Below, piece by piece: positions 47,483-57,276 of a stretch of DNA of 64,000 nucleotides. Position 1 is the stretch's first letter; each line of letters opens with the position of its first letter. The translations under genes were made by a program, and so were the position numbers. The notes beneath the pieces were generated by a model. It saw nothing but the letters and a program-made list of their open reading frames with translations. It did not search any database and had not been told where the DNA came from. The DNA is from Acidobacteriota bacterium. Lineage in GTDB: Bacteria > Acidobacteriota > UBA6911. The stretch lies in NCBI GenBank assembly GCA_963664705.1, contig OY761556.1, positions 1,408,001-1,472,000 of the forward strand. The letters run 5' to 3'.

Positions 47483-49687
47483 ATGGTATACGTGCCCTAT
47501 TCGTTGAATTCGGTGCAGCCCGGCTCGGACCTGTTGGAGAAAATCGGCGCGGGACTGCCTCCCGCCGACGAGGCGCGGCTTCGTCGCGCGGCCGAATTTA
47601 TCGCGCCGATTTATGCCGGCAAGACCCTGGGGACGGGGGAGGAAATTTCGCGGCATGTTTTCGGCATGGCGTTGATCACAGCCGCGTTGAGGCTGGATGC
47701 GGACACGCGCATCGCGGCACTGCTCTTTGCCGTGCCGCAGTTGAATCCCGGGGCGCACGAGCGGATCCGGCAGGAATTCAACCCGCACGTTGACGGGCTT
47801 GTCGACGGGCTGCATCGGCTGAATGGCTTGCGTCTCATCGCTCCATCGCCGGCCTCGAGCCTCCGCGATGTCCGGACGCAGCCGGAAGTTCTGCGCAAGA
47901 TGGTGTTGGCTCTGGTGGAGGACATCCGCGTAGTGCTTCTACGCCTGGCCAGCCGGACCCAGACGCTGCGGTATTACATCGACAACCCCTGTGCCGAACG
48001 GGAGGAAACGGCGCGGGAGTCCCTGGATATCTATGCGCCGCTGGCCAACCGATTGGGTGTGTGGGAAATCAAATGGGAAATCGAAGATTTGAGTTTCCGT
48101 TTTCTCGACCCGGACACTTACCGGCAGATTGCGCGTCAGGTCGATGAGCGGCGCCAGGAGCGCGAGCTTTTCATTGCGCAGGCCATCGCGCTGCTGAAGG
48201 AGCAGTGCGAGTCGGTTGGGATCAAAGCGGAGATTTACGGCAGGCCGAAGCATTTTTACAGCATCTGGAAGAAGATGCGCGCCAAGCAGGTCCCGCTCGA
48301 GCAGGTCTATGATATCCGCGCGATCCGCGTAATTGTCGACCAGGTTCGCGATTGCTATACCGTGCTTGGTATCGTGCACCAGATGTGGACGCCGGTTGCC
48401 AAGGAATTCGACGACTACATTACGAAACCCAAGGGGAACCTTTACCAGTCGCTCCACACGGCGGTGATGGCCGAGGACCGTCGTCCGCTCGAAGTGCAGA
48501 TCCGCACATGGGAAATGCATGAGCATGCCGAGCTGGGCGTGGCCGCGCACTGGCGCTACAAGGAAGGGACTCGCGCGACCGGCAAAAAGGATGCCTATGA
48601 TGACAAGGTCGCGCTGCTGCGCGAACTGCTTTCGTGGCGCGACGAAATTGCGGACGCGTCCAACTGGATCGAGCAGTTTAAGCGGGCCGCGCTGGACGAT
48701 ACGATTTATATCATGACGCCGCAAGGCCGCGTTGTCGACCTGCCCCGCGGTGCCACGCCGATCGATTTTGCTTACTGTGTCCATACTGAAATCGGAAACC
48801 GGTGCCGTGGCGCCAAAGTGGATGGTGTTTTGGTGGCGCTGAATAAGCCACTGATGTCCGGGCAGACCGTTGAAATCGTGGCAGCCAAACAAGGAGGGCC
48901 GTCGCGCGACTGGCTCAACCCCCAGCTCGGCTATGTCCAGACGTCCAGGGCACGTCACAAGATCAAACAGTATTTTACCGCGCTCGATGAATCGCAGACG
49001 ATGGCGGACGGGCGCGGCGCTGTGCTGCGCGAACTGCAGCGCGAGGGGGCCACGCAGTCCAATATTGAGGATCTCGGGAAGAAACTTGGATATGACGGTG
49101 CCGAGGCCATGTTCCTTGCAGCCGGCCGCGGCGAGCTGAGCGCGCGCGCCATCCAGCAGGCACTGCGACCCGAGGACGAAAAGCAGGAGGCGGCCCCGGA
49201 GTTCGTGCCGCGCAAAAGCAAAGCCGGGAAAAATGACGGGCTGCTCATTGTCGGCATGGATAAGCTGCTGACCCAGTTGGGACGCTGCTGCAAACCAGCC
49301 CCGCCTGATCCGATCCAGGGATATATTACGCGCGGCAAGGGGATTTCCATTCATCGGACGCAATGTCCGAACTTTGCCGGGATGGCACGCCTGAACCCGG
49401 AGCGCGTGATTGCTGCCGACTGGGGCGAGGCACAGGCGCAACAAACGGGTGGAGCCGCCTATCCGGTCGACATTATCGTCGATTGCGCCGACCGCACGGG
49501 ATTACTGCGCGATATTACCGAGGTGCTTTCCAGGGAATCCATCAATGTGACCTCGGTCAATACGATGACGCGGCAGGGAACGGCTAGCCTGCACTTCACG
49601 ATCGAGGTCACCGGCATCGCGCAGCTTCAGCGCGCATTGATGCTGATCGGCGATGTCCCGTCGGTGATCACCGCCCGCCGCGTCTGA
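47483..49687 (+). CDS. relA: RelA-type (p)ppGpp synthetase with TGS and ACT domains and an inactive hydrolase
   Basis: YAPLANRLG, GRPKH.YSI, EFDDYI..PK.N.YQSLHT, EVQIRT, TP.DFAY, CCKP, DRTGLL; HD replaced by LLFA. Confidence 0.9.
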   Translation: MVYVPYSLNSVQPGSDLLEKIGAGLPPADEARLRRAAEFIAPIYAGKTLGTGEEISRHVFGMALITAALRLDADTRIAALLFAVPQLNPGAHERIRQEFNPHVDGLVDGLHRLNGLRLIAPSPASSLRDVRTQPEVLRKMVLALVEDIRVVLLRLASRTQTLRYYIDNPCAEREETARESLDIYAPLANRLGVWEIKWEIEDLSFRFLDPDTYRQIARQVDERRQERELFIAQAIALLKEQCESVGIKAEIYGRPKHFYSIWKKMRAKQVPLEQVYDIRAIRVIVDQVRDCYTVLGIVHQMWTPVAKEFDDYITKPKGNLYQSLHTAVMAEDRRPLEVQIRTWEMHEHAELGVAAHWRYKEGTRATGKKDAYDDKVALLRELLSWRDEIADASNWIEQFKRAALDDTIYIMTPQGRVVDLPRGATPIDFAYCVHTEIGNRCRGAKVDGVLVALNKPLMSGQTVEIVAAKQGGPSRDWLNPQLGYVQTSRARHKIKQYFTALDESQTMADGRGAVLRELQREGATQSNIEDLGKKLGYDGAEAMFLAAGRGELSARAIQQALRPEDEKQEAAPEFVPRKSKAGKNDGLLIVGMDKLLTQLGRCCKPAPPDPIQGYITRGKGISIHRTQCPNFAGMARLNPERVIAADWGEAQAQQTGGAAYPVDIIVDCADRTGLLRDITEVLSRESINVTSVNTMTRQGTASLHFTIEVTGIAQLQRALMLIGDVPSVITARRV

Positions 49688-50785
49688 TCCGCGCTTCCGG
49701 GGTTCCGGGCAAATAATGTGCGACATTGGGCGTCTTGCCGACAAGGGCGTGGACGCTTCCATCGCGCCGATGTCGACGGGATGGCCAATGCCACATATTG
49801 ATTGTTCTAATCGCTGTGACGCGAGGGAAGCAACCGGCCCGGCGCCCGAAAGAACGTAGCCGGGGCTGATGCCTTGCGATTGTGCTTTAGCTCTTCGGTC
49901 TGGGTCTGATTCGCGGTTCCGGCTTCCTCGGATAAATAATGTGTGACATTGGGCGTCTGGCCGGCAAGGGCGTGGACGCTTCCATCGCGCCGATGTCGAC
50001 GGGATGAGCAATGCTGCATATTAATTGTTCTAAGCGCTGTGATGCGAGGGAAGCAACCGGCGCGGAGGGCCCGAAAGAACGTAGCCGGGGCTAGGCTTTC
50101 GTGATGCCTTGCGATTGTGCATTAGCTCTTCGGTCTGGGTCTGATCCTCGGTTCCGGCTTCCTCAGATAAATAATGTGCGACATTGGGCGTCTGGCCGGC
50201 AAGGGCGTGGACGCTTCCATAGCGCCGGTGTCGACGGGATGGCCAATGCCACATATTATTTGCTCTAAGCGCTGTGACGCGAGGGAAACAACAGGCCCGG
50301 AGGGCCCAAAAGAACGTAGCCGGGGGTGAAGCGAACCCCCGGCATAGATAAGCGGGAGAAAGAGCCCCGGCTAGGGGCGAAAGATCAGCATTCTGCCGCC
50401 CCGCTGGGGCTTGTTACATGCCTAATCCAATCCGGGGGTTCGCTTCGCTTCACCCCCGGCTACGTTCTGACCGCCCCTGCCGGGGCTGATGCCTTGCGAT
50501 TGTGCATTAGCTTTTCGGTCTGGGTCTGATTCGCGGTTCCGGCTTCCTCGGGCAAATAATGTGTGACATTGGGCGTCTGGCCGACAAGGGCGTGGACGCT
50601 TCCATCGTGCCGATGTCGACGGGATGGCCAATGCCACATATTATTTGCTCCAAGCGCTGTGACGCGAGGGAAGCAACCAGCCCGGAGGGCCCGAAAGAAC
50701 GTAGCCGGGGGTGAAGCGAAGCGAACCCCCGGTATAGATAAGCGGGAGAAAGAGCCCCGGCTAGGGGCGAAAGATCAGCACGGCG
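49685..50785. repeat. Four tandem ~220-385-bp units carrying REP parts (BIME-like array)
   Basis: AAATAATGTG.GACATTGGGCGTC... recurs at 49711, 49934, 50169 and 50554; each unit runs into GAAAGAACGTAGCCGGGG. Confidence 0.9.
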
Positions 50786-50849
50786 GCGTTTTCACGTGCT
50801 CCCCGTAATTTTTGGGGTTGACAATCGCGATAATTACTATTAATTAAAT

Positions 50850-51002
50850 ACCACGATGTGGTACTGAGGTGATTGAGAAGGAAACCACTTCTCCGACGGT
50901 TGTGGGGGCCGTAGAGGTGGCTGGATTTCATGAACCTCGAGTAACTGTTGTTAGGTGCCTGCGCCGGGACTGCAACCCATCGGTGGTCCCGGCCATTTTT
51001 TT
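50850..51002 (+). ncRNA. Candidate small RNA with an AT-rich operator-overlapped promoter and intrinsic terminator
   Basis: TTGACA at 50818, TAATTA-CTAT-TAATTA at 50831-50846, successive hairpins, stem 50963-50993 followed by T7. Confidence 0.35.
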
Positions 51003-51005
51003 GCC

Positions 51006-51911
51006 CTACGCGGCCGCGATCATGCGGGTTCGAATCCAGCATCCGATCCTGGCCAGAATTCCCGCCACAAATCCTGAAAACACCGAGATGACGATCATCG
51101 AGATGAGGATGCTCTCGGCCGTGTCCTCCACAGGGTTCCCGTAGCGCGCCGTATCCCCGGCCGCAATGAAGGCATGCCGGAGCGGCAGGTTCCAGTAGTT
51201 GGCCGATATCTGCAGCCACATAAGCCCGCCGACCAGGGCAAACGCGATCCACATGGATAGGGATACGATGAGGCCGTTGGTCCACTTCCGCTTGCTATAG
51301 GCGATGCATCCGCAGATTACGGTCACGATTGGCATTCCGAAAGTGAACCATAGGCAGCCGGCGAAACATCCCAGTCCGATCAGAGGGGCCAGCGGGGCAT
51401 AGCGGGAATTGCTTTTTAAAGGGGTGTGGATCAGGCTGTTGTGGATGTCGGCATGAGAGCAGTCGGCCCAGATCTTCCAGCCGGCGTCCGGCAATTTCTT
51501 ATAGATCACGGCATATTCGAATACGCGTCTCTCCGGTCTGACGGCGGCATCCAAAACCATGCTGCCATGCGCCCAGGCCAGGTCTCCGGCGTCCGCCACC
51601 TCGACTCTATTCGAGCTCGCGCGCAGGGTCAGGCCGGGCGTGGCGAAAATGGATTTCCAGCTTTCCCGGATCCTGCTTTTCCCGCGAATGATCGGGTTGT
51701 GTTCGTCATACAGCGCGCCATTGTCCGCATACAGGGCGACCAGGGCATCGAGATCTTTGGTCGTGAGGGCTTGGGAATGCTTTGCCTGCAGCTCGCGGAC
51801 GATGTGCTCATCGCTTGTCCGCATTTCCACCGAGGCTTCTTTGGGAGAGCAGGAGCAGATGCCCAGGAGAACCAGGCAAAGCAGAACAATGCGCGAAGAG
51901 TGCATAGCCAT
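51006..51911 (-). CDS. NTF2-like (SnoaL/DUF4440) domain protein with C-terminal TM helices
   Basis: Lipoprotein-like signal; DLDALVALYADN, IRGK..IR..W, GDLAW, GWKI; three hydrophobic segments at the end. Confidence 0.7.
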   Translation of the reverse strand: MAMHSSRIVLLCLVLLGICSCSPKEASVEMRTSDEHIVRELQAKHSQALTTKDLDALVALYADNGALYDEHNPIIRGKSRIRESWKSIFATPGLTLRASSNRVEVADAGDLAWAHGSMVLDAAVRPERRVFEYAVIYKKLPDAGWKIWADCSHADIHNSLIHTPLKSNSRYAPLAPLIGLGCFAGCLWFTFGMPIVTVICGCIAYSKRKWTNGLIVSLSMWIAFALVGGLMWLQISANYWNLPLRHAFIAAGDTARYGNPVEDTAESILISMIVISVFSGFVAGILARIGCWIRTRMIAAA

Positions 51912-51969
51912 ACCTCCGGATTTTTACGGGGCAGCGCTATTGCCACAAATCCTACGGATGGCGCTGCCG

Positions 51970-52209
51970 CTAGAGCGAAGACAACTGCCCGTCTATGTGG
52001 AGCAGCATTTGTTTCAGCAATTCCTGATACCGCGGATTGCGCGCGGAATCCATTTCCTGGAGAATTCGTGCGCGCTGAAGCTGCAATCCTTCCCGTTTCT
52101 GCCGCAATTCTATGTTGACTGCTGAATGAGGGGAGGAAGATTGGTTTGAATCCATTCGTGCGTCCTCTATCTGCTGTTCTACGGATTTGCTTTCCCAGCC
52201 TCTGGCCAT
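51970..52209 (-). CDS. Conserved small hypothetical protein (acidobacterial MARGWESKSVE family)
   Basis: MARGWESKSVEQQIE...LQLQRAR.....NPRY. Confidence 0.7.
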   Translation of the reverse strand: MARGWESKSVEQQIEDARMDSNQSSSPHSAVNIELRQKREGLQLQRARILQEMDSARNPRYQELLKQMLLHIDGQLSSL

Positions 52210-52260
52210 AATCGATTCTACGCGAGTTTGAGGAAAATTGTTTCAGTTTCTGCAGATTGA

Positions 52261-52593
52261 TTATCCCCGCCGGGCAATTCGAGGTCCCCGATGGCGATGA
52301 TAATCGAAAATCACGGCTCGGTCTCCCGTAGACCGGCAGAGAAAGCACTCCAGATTCTCAGGAAGCTCCCGGTACGAACACGTCACCATGTGGGAGGAAC
52401 TGAATGGGTAGCTGTCCTTTTCGTCGACCAGGTAGCAATAGTCAAAGTCTGCCGGGTCATAGCCCGCGGCAGTGAGGTGGTCTCCGATTTCTTTTTTTGA
52501 ATTGGATTCGGGAATGCCTTTGGGCGAGGCTTTCCTGGATTTCCACTTTCCAAGCTCAAGGAGGATCTTTCTGCCTGAGAATGCTGCCGTCAT
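52261..52593 (-). CDS. Hypothetical protein
   Basis: Open frame co-oriented with its neighbours; no recognisable motif; start uncertain. Confidence 0.45.
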   Translation of the reverse strand: MTAAFSGRKILLELGKWKSRKASPKGIPESNSKKEIGDHLTAAGYDPADFDYCYLVDEKDSYPFSSSHMVTCSYRELPENLECFLCRSTGDRAVIFDYHRHRGPRIARRG

Positions 52594-52822
52594 AGGAATC
52601 AACTTTTCTAAATAATTTCTAATTCTAACCAGCAAGAACGCAAAAGAAAGGAAATCGCCTACCGAATGTCAAAAAATTGTCAAAATTTGTGGACCGCTCA
52701 AAAAACGGCTGCATCCATCCTTGGGCCAAAAAATCACGTATCCACTTCAGGGACAAGCGTTTATAATGAATTATCTGATAGTGCTTTCCACAATGCAGGA
52801 TAGATATAATTAGAGGATACTT

Positions 52823-53950
52823 ATGCGAAAAAGGATCGGAATTTCTGCACTGGCGATATTTTTCTTCCTTGGAATTCTCCCTTGCCTGTTCGCCCAGGCG
52901 TCCGCCCCGAAGGCGTATGTTTTGACGCTGACCAGCACTTTGACGGAGGCCAGCATGTTCAGCGGCCAGACGTCGCAGCTCAAGGTCTACCGCAACGGGT
53001 CGAAGGAATTGGTGGATCTGACCATCGGCCCGTGGAAGGACAATCCGAAAGGCGTCCATTACCGGTATCTGTTTGACCTGCAGGCGCACAAAGCGTATTC
53101 CCAGGATCTGATCAATAATGCCTGTTCCTGGATGAGCTATGTGTCTGCGCGTATTCCTGTCTGGTATGACCCCATGACCGCGCTGGATGCGGCCCTGCGC
53201 GCCGAGATGGCCAAATCCGGCCAGCGGCGGGCCGGGATCGAAACCGTCAACGGGTTTCCGTCCACCCTGCTGGAATCTGATTCCCCGGAAGGCAAGGTCC
53301 GAACCTGGATCGCTCAGAACGGCGATTTTCCGGTGAAGATGACGATGCAGCCCAAAAACGGGCCGCTGCGCGTCATGCTGGAGCTTCTCAAGGCGGAATT
53401 CACGGCGCCCGCGGACTCGCTGCTGGTGCCGCCCGGGAATTGCAGCAGTCAGACGCAGGGGGAATGGAGTGATACCGGTCTCCATGCGAGCGCAGGGGCG
53501 AATATAGATGTGCAGGCTTCGGCATCCGCGGATCTGGCAAAGGGAAAAACACAGTCGCAGGTTTCCGCCAAAATGGGCCAGGCCGGGACGGATAGTGCTC
53601 TGGACGGCCTTTCGGACGAGCTGACCCTGCCGCCTTCCAAAAATGTTTGTACCGTTGTGTTCCGCGTAGTCCAGAAGGATGGAATGAAAGCGATCACCAG
53701 CGGACTCAAGATCAAGCTCAATAACCGCGAAGTGAGCGCGCAGTATCAAAACGGCGCGCTTCGGACCCCGAATGCGCCGGCGCAGCTTTCCTTTGAGGTT
53801 GAAAACAGCGAAGGTGCGGGATGGGGAACGAGCATCTCAAGGCAATGCTATGGGCCGGAGACAGTTCTGATGCTTGTGCTGGGGAAGGAGTTTTCCGACA
53901 CGCATTGGTATTGGGCGAAATCGGGCAAGTACGCCGCAATCACCAAATAA
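52823..53950 (+). CDS. Secreted hypothetical protein
   Basis: RBS GAGG; signal peptide (LFA-Q); GIETVNGF and TWIA...FPVK suggest a LolA/DUF4412-like fold. Confidence 0.65.
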   Translation: MRKRIGISALAIFFFLGILPCLFAQASAPKAYVLTLTSTLTEASMFSGQTSQLKVYRNGSKELVDLTIGPWKDNPKGVHYRYLFDLQAHKAYSQDLINNACSWMSYVSARIPVWYDPMTALDAALRAEMAKSGQRRAGIETVNGFPSTLLESDSPEGKVRTWIAQNGDFPVKMTMQPKNGPLRVMLELLKAEFTAPADSLLVPPGNCSSQTQGEWSDTGLHASAGANIDVQASASADLAKGKTQSQVSAKMGQAGTDSALDGLSDELTLPPSKNVCTVVFRVVQKDGMKAITSGLKIKLNNREVSAQYQNGALRTPNAPAQLSFEVENSEGAGWGTSISRQCYGPETVLMLVLGKEFSDTHWYWAKSGKYAAITK

Positions 53951-54002
53951 GGCACTGGGAACGCCGGCGCTTACTGTAGATGCCGGCGCTCCCAGCAGGA
54001 TG

Positions 54003-54911
54003 TTATGCGAGTCCCAGCTTGGCTTTGAGCGAAACCATGGTGTTCTTCATGAGCATTGTGATGGTCATGGGGCCGACGCCGCCTGGAACCGGTGTGATGG
54101 AGCCGGCGATCTCTTTGGCTTTGTCGAAATCGACATCGCCGCGAAGAATCGCGACCTTTTTGCCGGTCTTTTCGCTGATCTTTTCGCCCACGCGGTTGAC
54201 GCCGACGTCAATGACGCAGGCACCGGGCTTGATCCATTCCGGTTTCACAAGGCCGGGAACTCCCGCGGCAACGATCAGAATGTCGGCGCGGAGGCAATGC
54301 GAGGCCATATCCTTTGTCGCGGTGTGAACGATCGTGACGGTGGAGTTGGCGCCCTTGGCCTTCTGGAGCATCATGTTGGCAATTGGCTTGCCGACGATAT
54401 TGGACCGGCCGACAACCACGACTTCCGCGCCGTCGGTCTTGGCGCCGGAGCGCACAATCAGTTCCTGGATGCCGGCAGGGGTGCAGGGTGGGAATTTGCA
54501 TTCGCCGCCGCCGATCATGATTCTGCCTACATTGACCGGGTGGAATCCGTCCACGTCTTTGTCGGGGTTGATTGCGTTGATGACCTTCTTTTCGTCAATG
54601 TGCTTCGGGAGCGGCAGCTGAACCAGGATCCCGTTGATCGTGTCGTCATTATTATATTTTTCGATCAGGGCCAGCAGGTCTTTTTCGGAGATATCGGCAG
54701 GCTGGTTGTCCTGTACCTCTTTGAAGCCGAGGCTGTGAGCCGTCTGGATCTTCAGCGTGACATAGGATACGGACGCGGGGTTTTCCCCCACCAGGATGGT
54801 CGCCAGGCCTGGAACGACGCCATGTGATTTCTTGATCTTTTCTACTTCTTCTTTAATTTCCGCGAGAATTGTTTCCCGGATCTCGGTGCCCAGGATAAGT
54901 TTTGCCGTCAT
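54003..54911 (-). CDS. folD: Methylenetetrahydrofolate dehydrogenase/cyclohydrolase
   Basis: PAS..YV..K, GILVQLPLP, KDVDGFHP.N.G, PCTP.G, GRSNIVGKP, IDVG.NR, TPVPGGVGPMT. Confidence 0.96.
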   Translation of the reverse strand: MTAKLILGTEIRETILAEIKEEVEKIKKSHGVVPGLATILVGENPASVSYVTLKIQTAHSLGFKEVQDNQPADISEKDLLALIEKYNNDDTINGILVQLPLPKHIDEKKVINAINPDKDVDGFHPVNVGRIMIGGGECKFPPCTPAGIQELIVRSGAKTDGAEVVVVGRSNIVGKPIANMMLQKAKGANSTVTIVHTATKDMASHCLRADILIVAAGVPGLVKPEWIKPGACVIDVGVNRVGEKISEKTGKKVAILRGDVDFDKAKEIAGSITPVPGGVGPMTITMLMKNTMVSLKAKLGLA

Positions 54912-54989
54912 ATACTCTGTCTCCATGTTCAAATAAAGGGACTACAGCTTACGACACTCTGGCCTGGAAAGCGAGCGATCAAAATTGGA

Positions 54990-55050
54990 AAGACAGGAGG
55001 CAGGAGGCAGGAGACAGGAGGCAGGAGACAGGAGGCAGGAGGCAGGAGGC
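54990..55050. repeat. Heptamer array (CAGGAGG/CAGGAGA)
   Basis: About 8 tandem units abutting the ACGT array. Confidence 0.85.
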
Positions 55051-55056
55051 AAGATC

Positions 55057-55497
55057 TCAACGTCCAACGTCCCAACGTCCAACGTCCCAACGTCCCAACG
55101 TCCAACGTCAACGTCCCCACGTCCAACGTCCAACGTCCCAACGTCCCAACGTCCCCAACGTCCAACGTCCAACGTCCCAACGTTCAACGTCCCAACGTCC
55201 CCAACGTCCAACGTCCCAACGTTCAACGTCCCAACGTCCAACGTCCAACGTTTCAGCGTCCAACGTTCAACGTCAACGTCCCCACGTCCAACGTCCAACG
55301 TCCCAACGTCCCAACGTCCAACGTCCCAACGTCCAACGTTCAACGTCCCAACGTTCAACGTCCCAACGTCCCAACGTCCAACGTCCCAACGTCCCAACGT
55401 CCAACGTTCAACGTCCCAACGTCCAACGTCCAACGTCCAACGTTTCAGCGTCTCAACGTCCCCAACGTCCAACGTTCAACGTTCAACGTTCAACGTT
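55057..55497. repeat. Long irregular AACGTC(C)n array
   Basis: About 440 bp of AACGTCC/AACGTCCC/AACGTTC units; overlaps the stop codon of the minus-strand gene at 55483. Confidence 0.95.
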
Positions 55498-57141
55498 TAC
55501 CCTGACAATCCGATGATATTTTTCTACCGGATGAATCATCAAAAACCGCTTTCCATCCGGGCTGATATCCCAATCCATCGCTGCGCCGCCGTCGTCGGAC
55601 GAGGCGCTCTCCGGCATCCAGAATAATGGCAGGGCCTTTCCGGTTCTCATAGCGGGGCTTGTCTCGACCGGGATCGCAATGATGGCCTCTGCCTGGCGGT
55701 AGAATATTTCCTTGCCATCCGGCGACCAGAGCGGGTTGGTTCCGCCGGCAACCGAAATCACAAACTTCTCGCGGGTGATTTCGGGGAAGGGACTCACATA
55801 GATTTCTTTTCTGCCCGTATCGTCGGAGGAATAGGCGATCCACTGGCCATCGGGGGAGATCTGCGGCAGGGAACCCGGGTCGGCGCCGGGGATACTGAGC
55901 AGCGTGAGTTCCTTGTCCGATCTGGCGGTGTAGAAGAGATAGGGTTTCTGGGGGATGGTAAGGAGCCGTTCCAGGTTTCCGGTTCCGTCCCACAGTTTCC
56001 GGACGATGTCATAGTTCGTTTTGTCCGGAGCAAAATGGTACACGACGTGACGGCCGTCGAATGTCCACAGAGGGTTTCCCGGGTTTGCCTCCGAGGTCAG
56101 GCGGGACAGGCTCTTGCGTGCGCAGTCCCAGATCCAGATGCCTCCGCTTTTGCCGTTATCGACCGTCAGCGCAATATGTGCGGCGTCGGGAGATATTTTT
56201 ACATGAGAATAGCGATCAGGAGTTATTCCCAGCGGTTCGATTTTGCCTTCGCGCGTGAGCCAGGACAGGGTGGATGTGCGGGTGGGAAGGCTGGTTGCAT
56301 CTTCGGGGATGTAGACGAACGTGCCGTTTCCGGAAGCCGCGTACTGCAGTGATCCATTATCCCAGATACTCCGCAGCACCGTCTCCGGCGGGCCCGCGAC
56401 TTCCAGTTTGTGGAGGTCGAAGGGAATTGCCCGGATGCTTTTGTCCGCCAGTTTATAAATAAGCCGGCCATCGGCGAGATACTGTCCTTTGGCTCCCGTC
56501 CACACGGTTTTTTCCTGGCCCGATTTGAGCGATCGCACCATGATCCTGGACTCGGCGGCGTTGCCCGTCGTGGTTGCGGTATACAGCAAGGAATCTCCGC
56601 CCGGCAGAATCTGCGGATAAATCGCCAGTTCTCCAACGGCATCCACGAGGACTTTCGCATTCCTGCCGTTGGCGGAAATCTGCACAATGGAGCGGCCATT
56701 CCGGCTGTAAACGATTGAGTCGTTGGTGAACCAGTGGGCCCCGGAGACCGCACCGGCGTTACGCAGCAGGATGACTTCGCCGGTCTCCAGCGATACCTTT
56801 TTCAGTTTCCCGTCGCGCTCGGAGATAAACCCCAGCCATTTGCTGTCCGGAGAGAAGAAAGGTTGTACCGGGGAACCCTGAGTGCCGCGCAGCAATCGGG
56901 TAGTCATGGGATTCCCCGAACACACGTAGATGCCGCTGGTCGTGCAATAGGCAAACTGTTTGCCGTCCGGCGATATCGCCAGGATGGACAGGCCGGTGTT
57001 GTTGAAGTGCTGGTAAACCGGCAGTTCGAATTCGGTCCGGTTTTCCGGCTGTGGGTGGAAGGACCGGATCTGGGAAGCGGCGGCGGATGCGAGTACAGCG
57101 AAGATCAACAAGAAGGTGATTCGCGGAATCCTGCGCATCAT
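55483..57141 (-). CDS. Secreted TolB-like/PD40 beta-propeller protein
   Basis: Signal peptide; repeated ISPDG, FSPDS and WSPDG motifs. Confidence 0.8.
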   Translation of the reverse strand: MMRRIPRITFLLIFAVLASAAASQIRSFHPQPENRTEFELPVYQHFNNTGLSILAISPDGKQFAYCTTSGIYVCSGNPMTTRLLRGTQGSPVQPFFSPDSKWLGFISERDGKLKKVSLETGEVILLRNAGAVSGAHWFTNDSIVYSRNGRSIVQISANGRNAKVLVDAVGELAIYPQILPGGDSLLYTATTTGNAAESRIMVRSLKSGQEKTVWTGAKGQYLADGRLIYKLADKSIRAIPFDLHKLEVAGPPETVLRSIWDNGSLQYAASGNGTFVYIPEDATSLPTRTSTLSWLTREGKIEPLGITPDRYSHVKISPDAAHIALTVDNGKSGGIWIWDCARKSLSRLTSEANPGNPLWTFDGRHVVYHFAPDKTNYDIVRKLWDGTGNLERLLTIPQKPYLFYTARSDKELTLLSIPGADPGSLPQISPDGQWIAYSSDDTGRKEIYVSPFPEITREKFVISVAGGTNPLWSPDGKEIFYRQAEAIIAIPVETSPAMRTGKALPLFWMPESASSDDGGAAMDWDISPDGKRFLMIHPVEKYHRIVRVNVER

Positions 57142-57276
57142 GGAATCTCCTGCATTCGTGCCTCACCGGGAGGGATCACTCTTGCCGCGAATGCCACGAA
57201 GCCTGATTGAAGGTTGCACCGAACGAATTTTGATTTATTATAGGCTCGTTCAAAACAACTTCTGGAGGAAAAAGAC

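Noticed and set aside
49685-50785. REP-interspersed array as a CRISPR-like locus
   Set aside because: The segments between REPs are copies of one another, not distinct spacers.
53957-53993. GGGAACGCCGGC...GCCGGCGCTCCC hairpin as a member of the GTAG-REP family
   Set aside because: Different sequence and a single clear copy; it is adequately explained as a terminator-like hairpin between convergent genes.
54902-55626. ORFs with NVQRPTSQ/GRWTLDV repeats (also 47175-47793, 60072-60743, 34556-34828 and the 5' extensions of the 7207, 34669 and 60454 ORFs)
   Set aside because: They are translations of the ACGT arrays, open in several frames on both strands, without RBS or domain signal.
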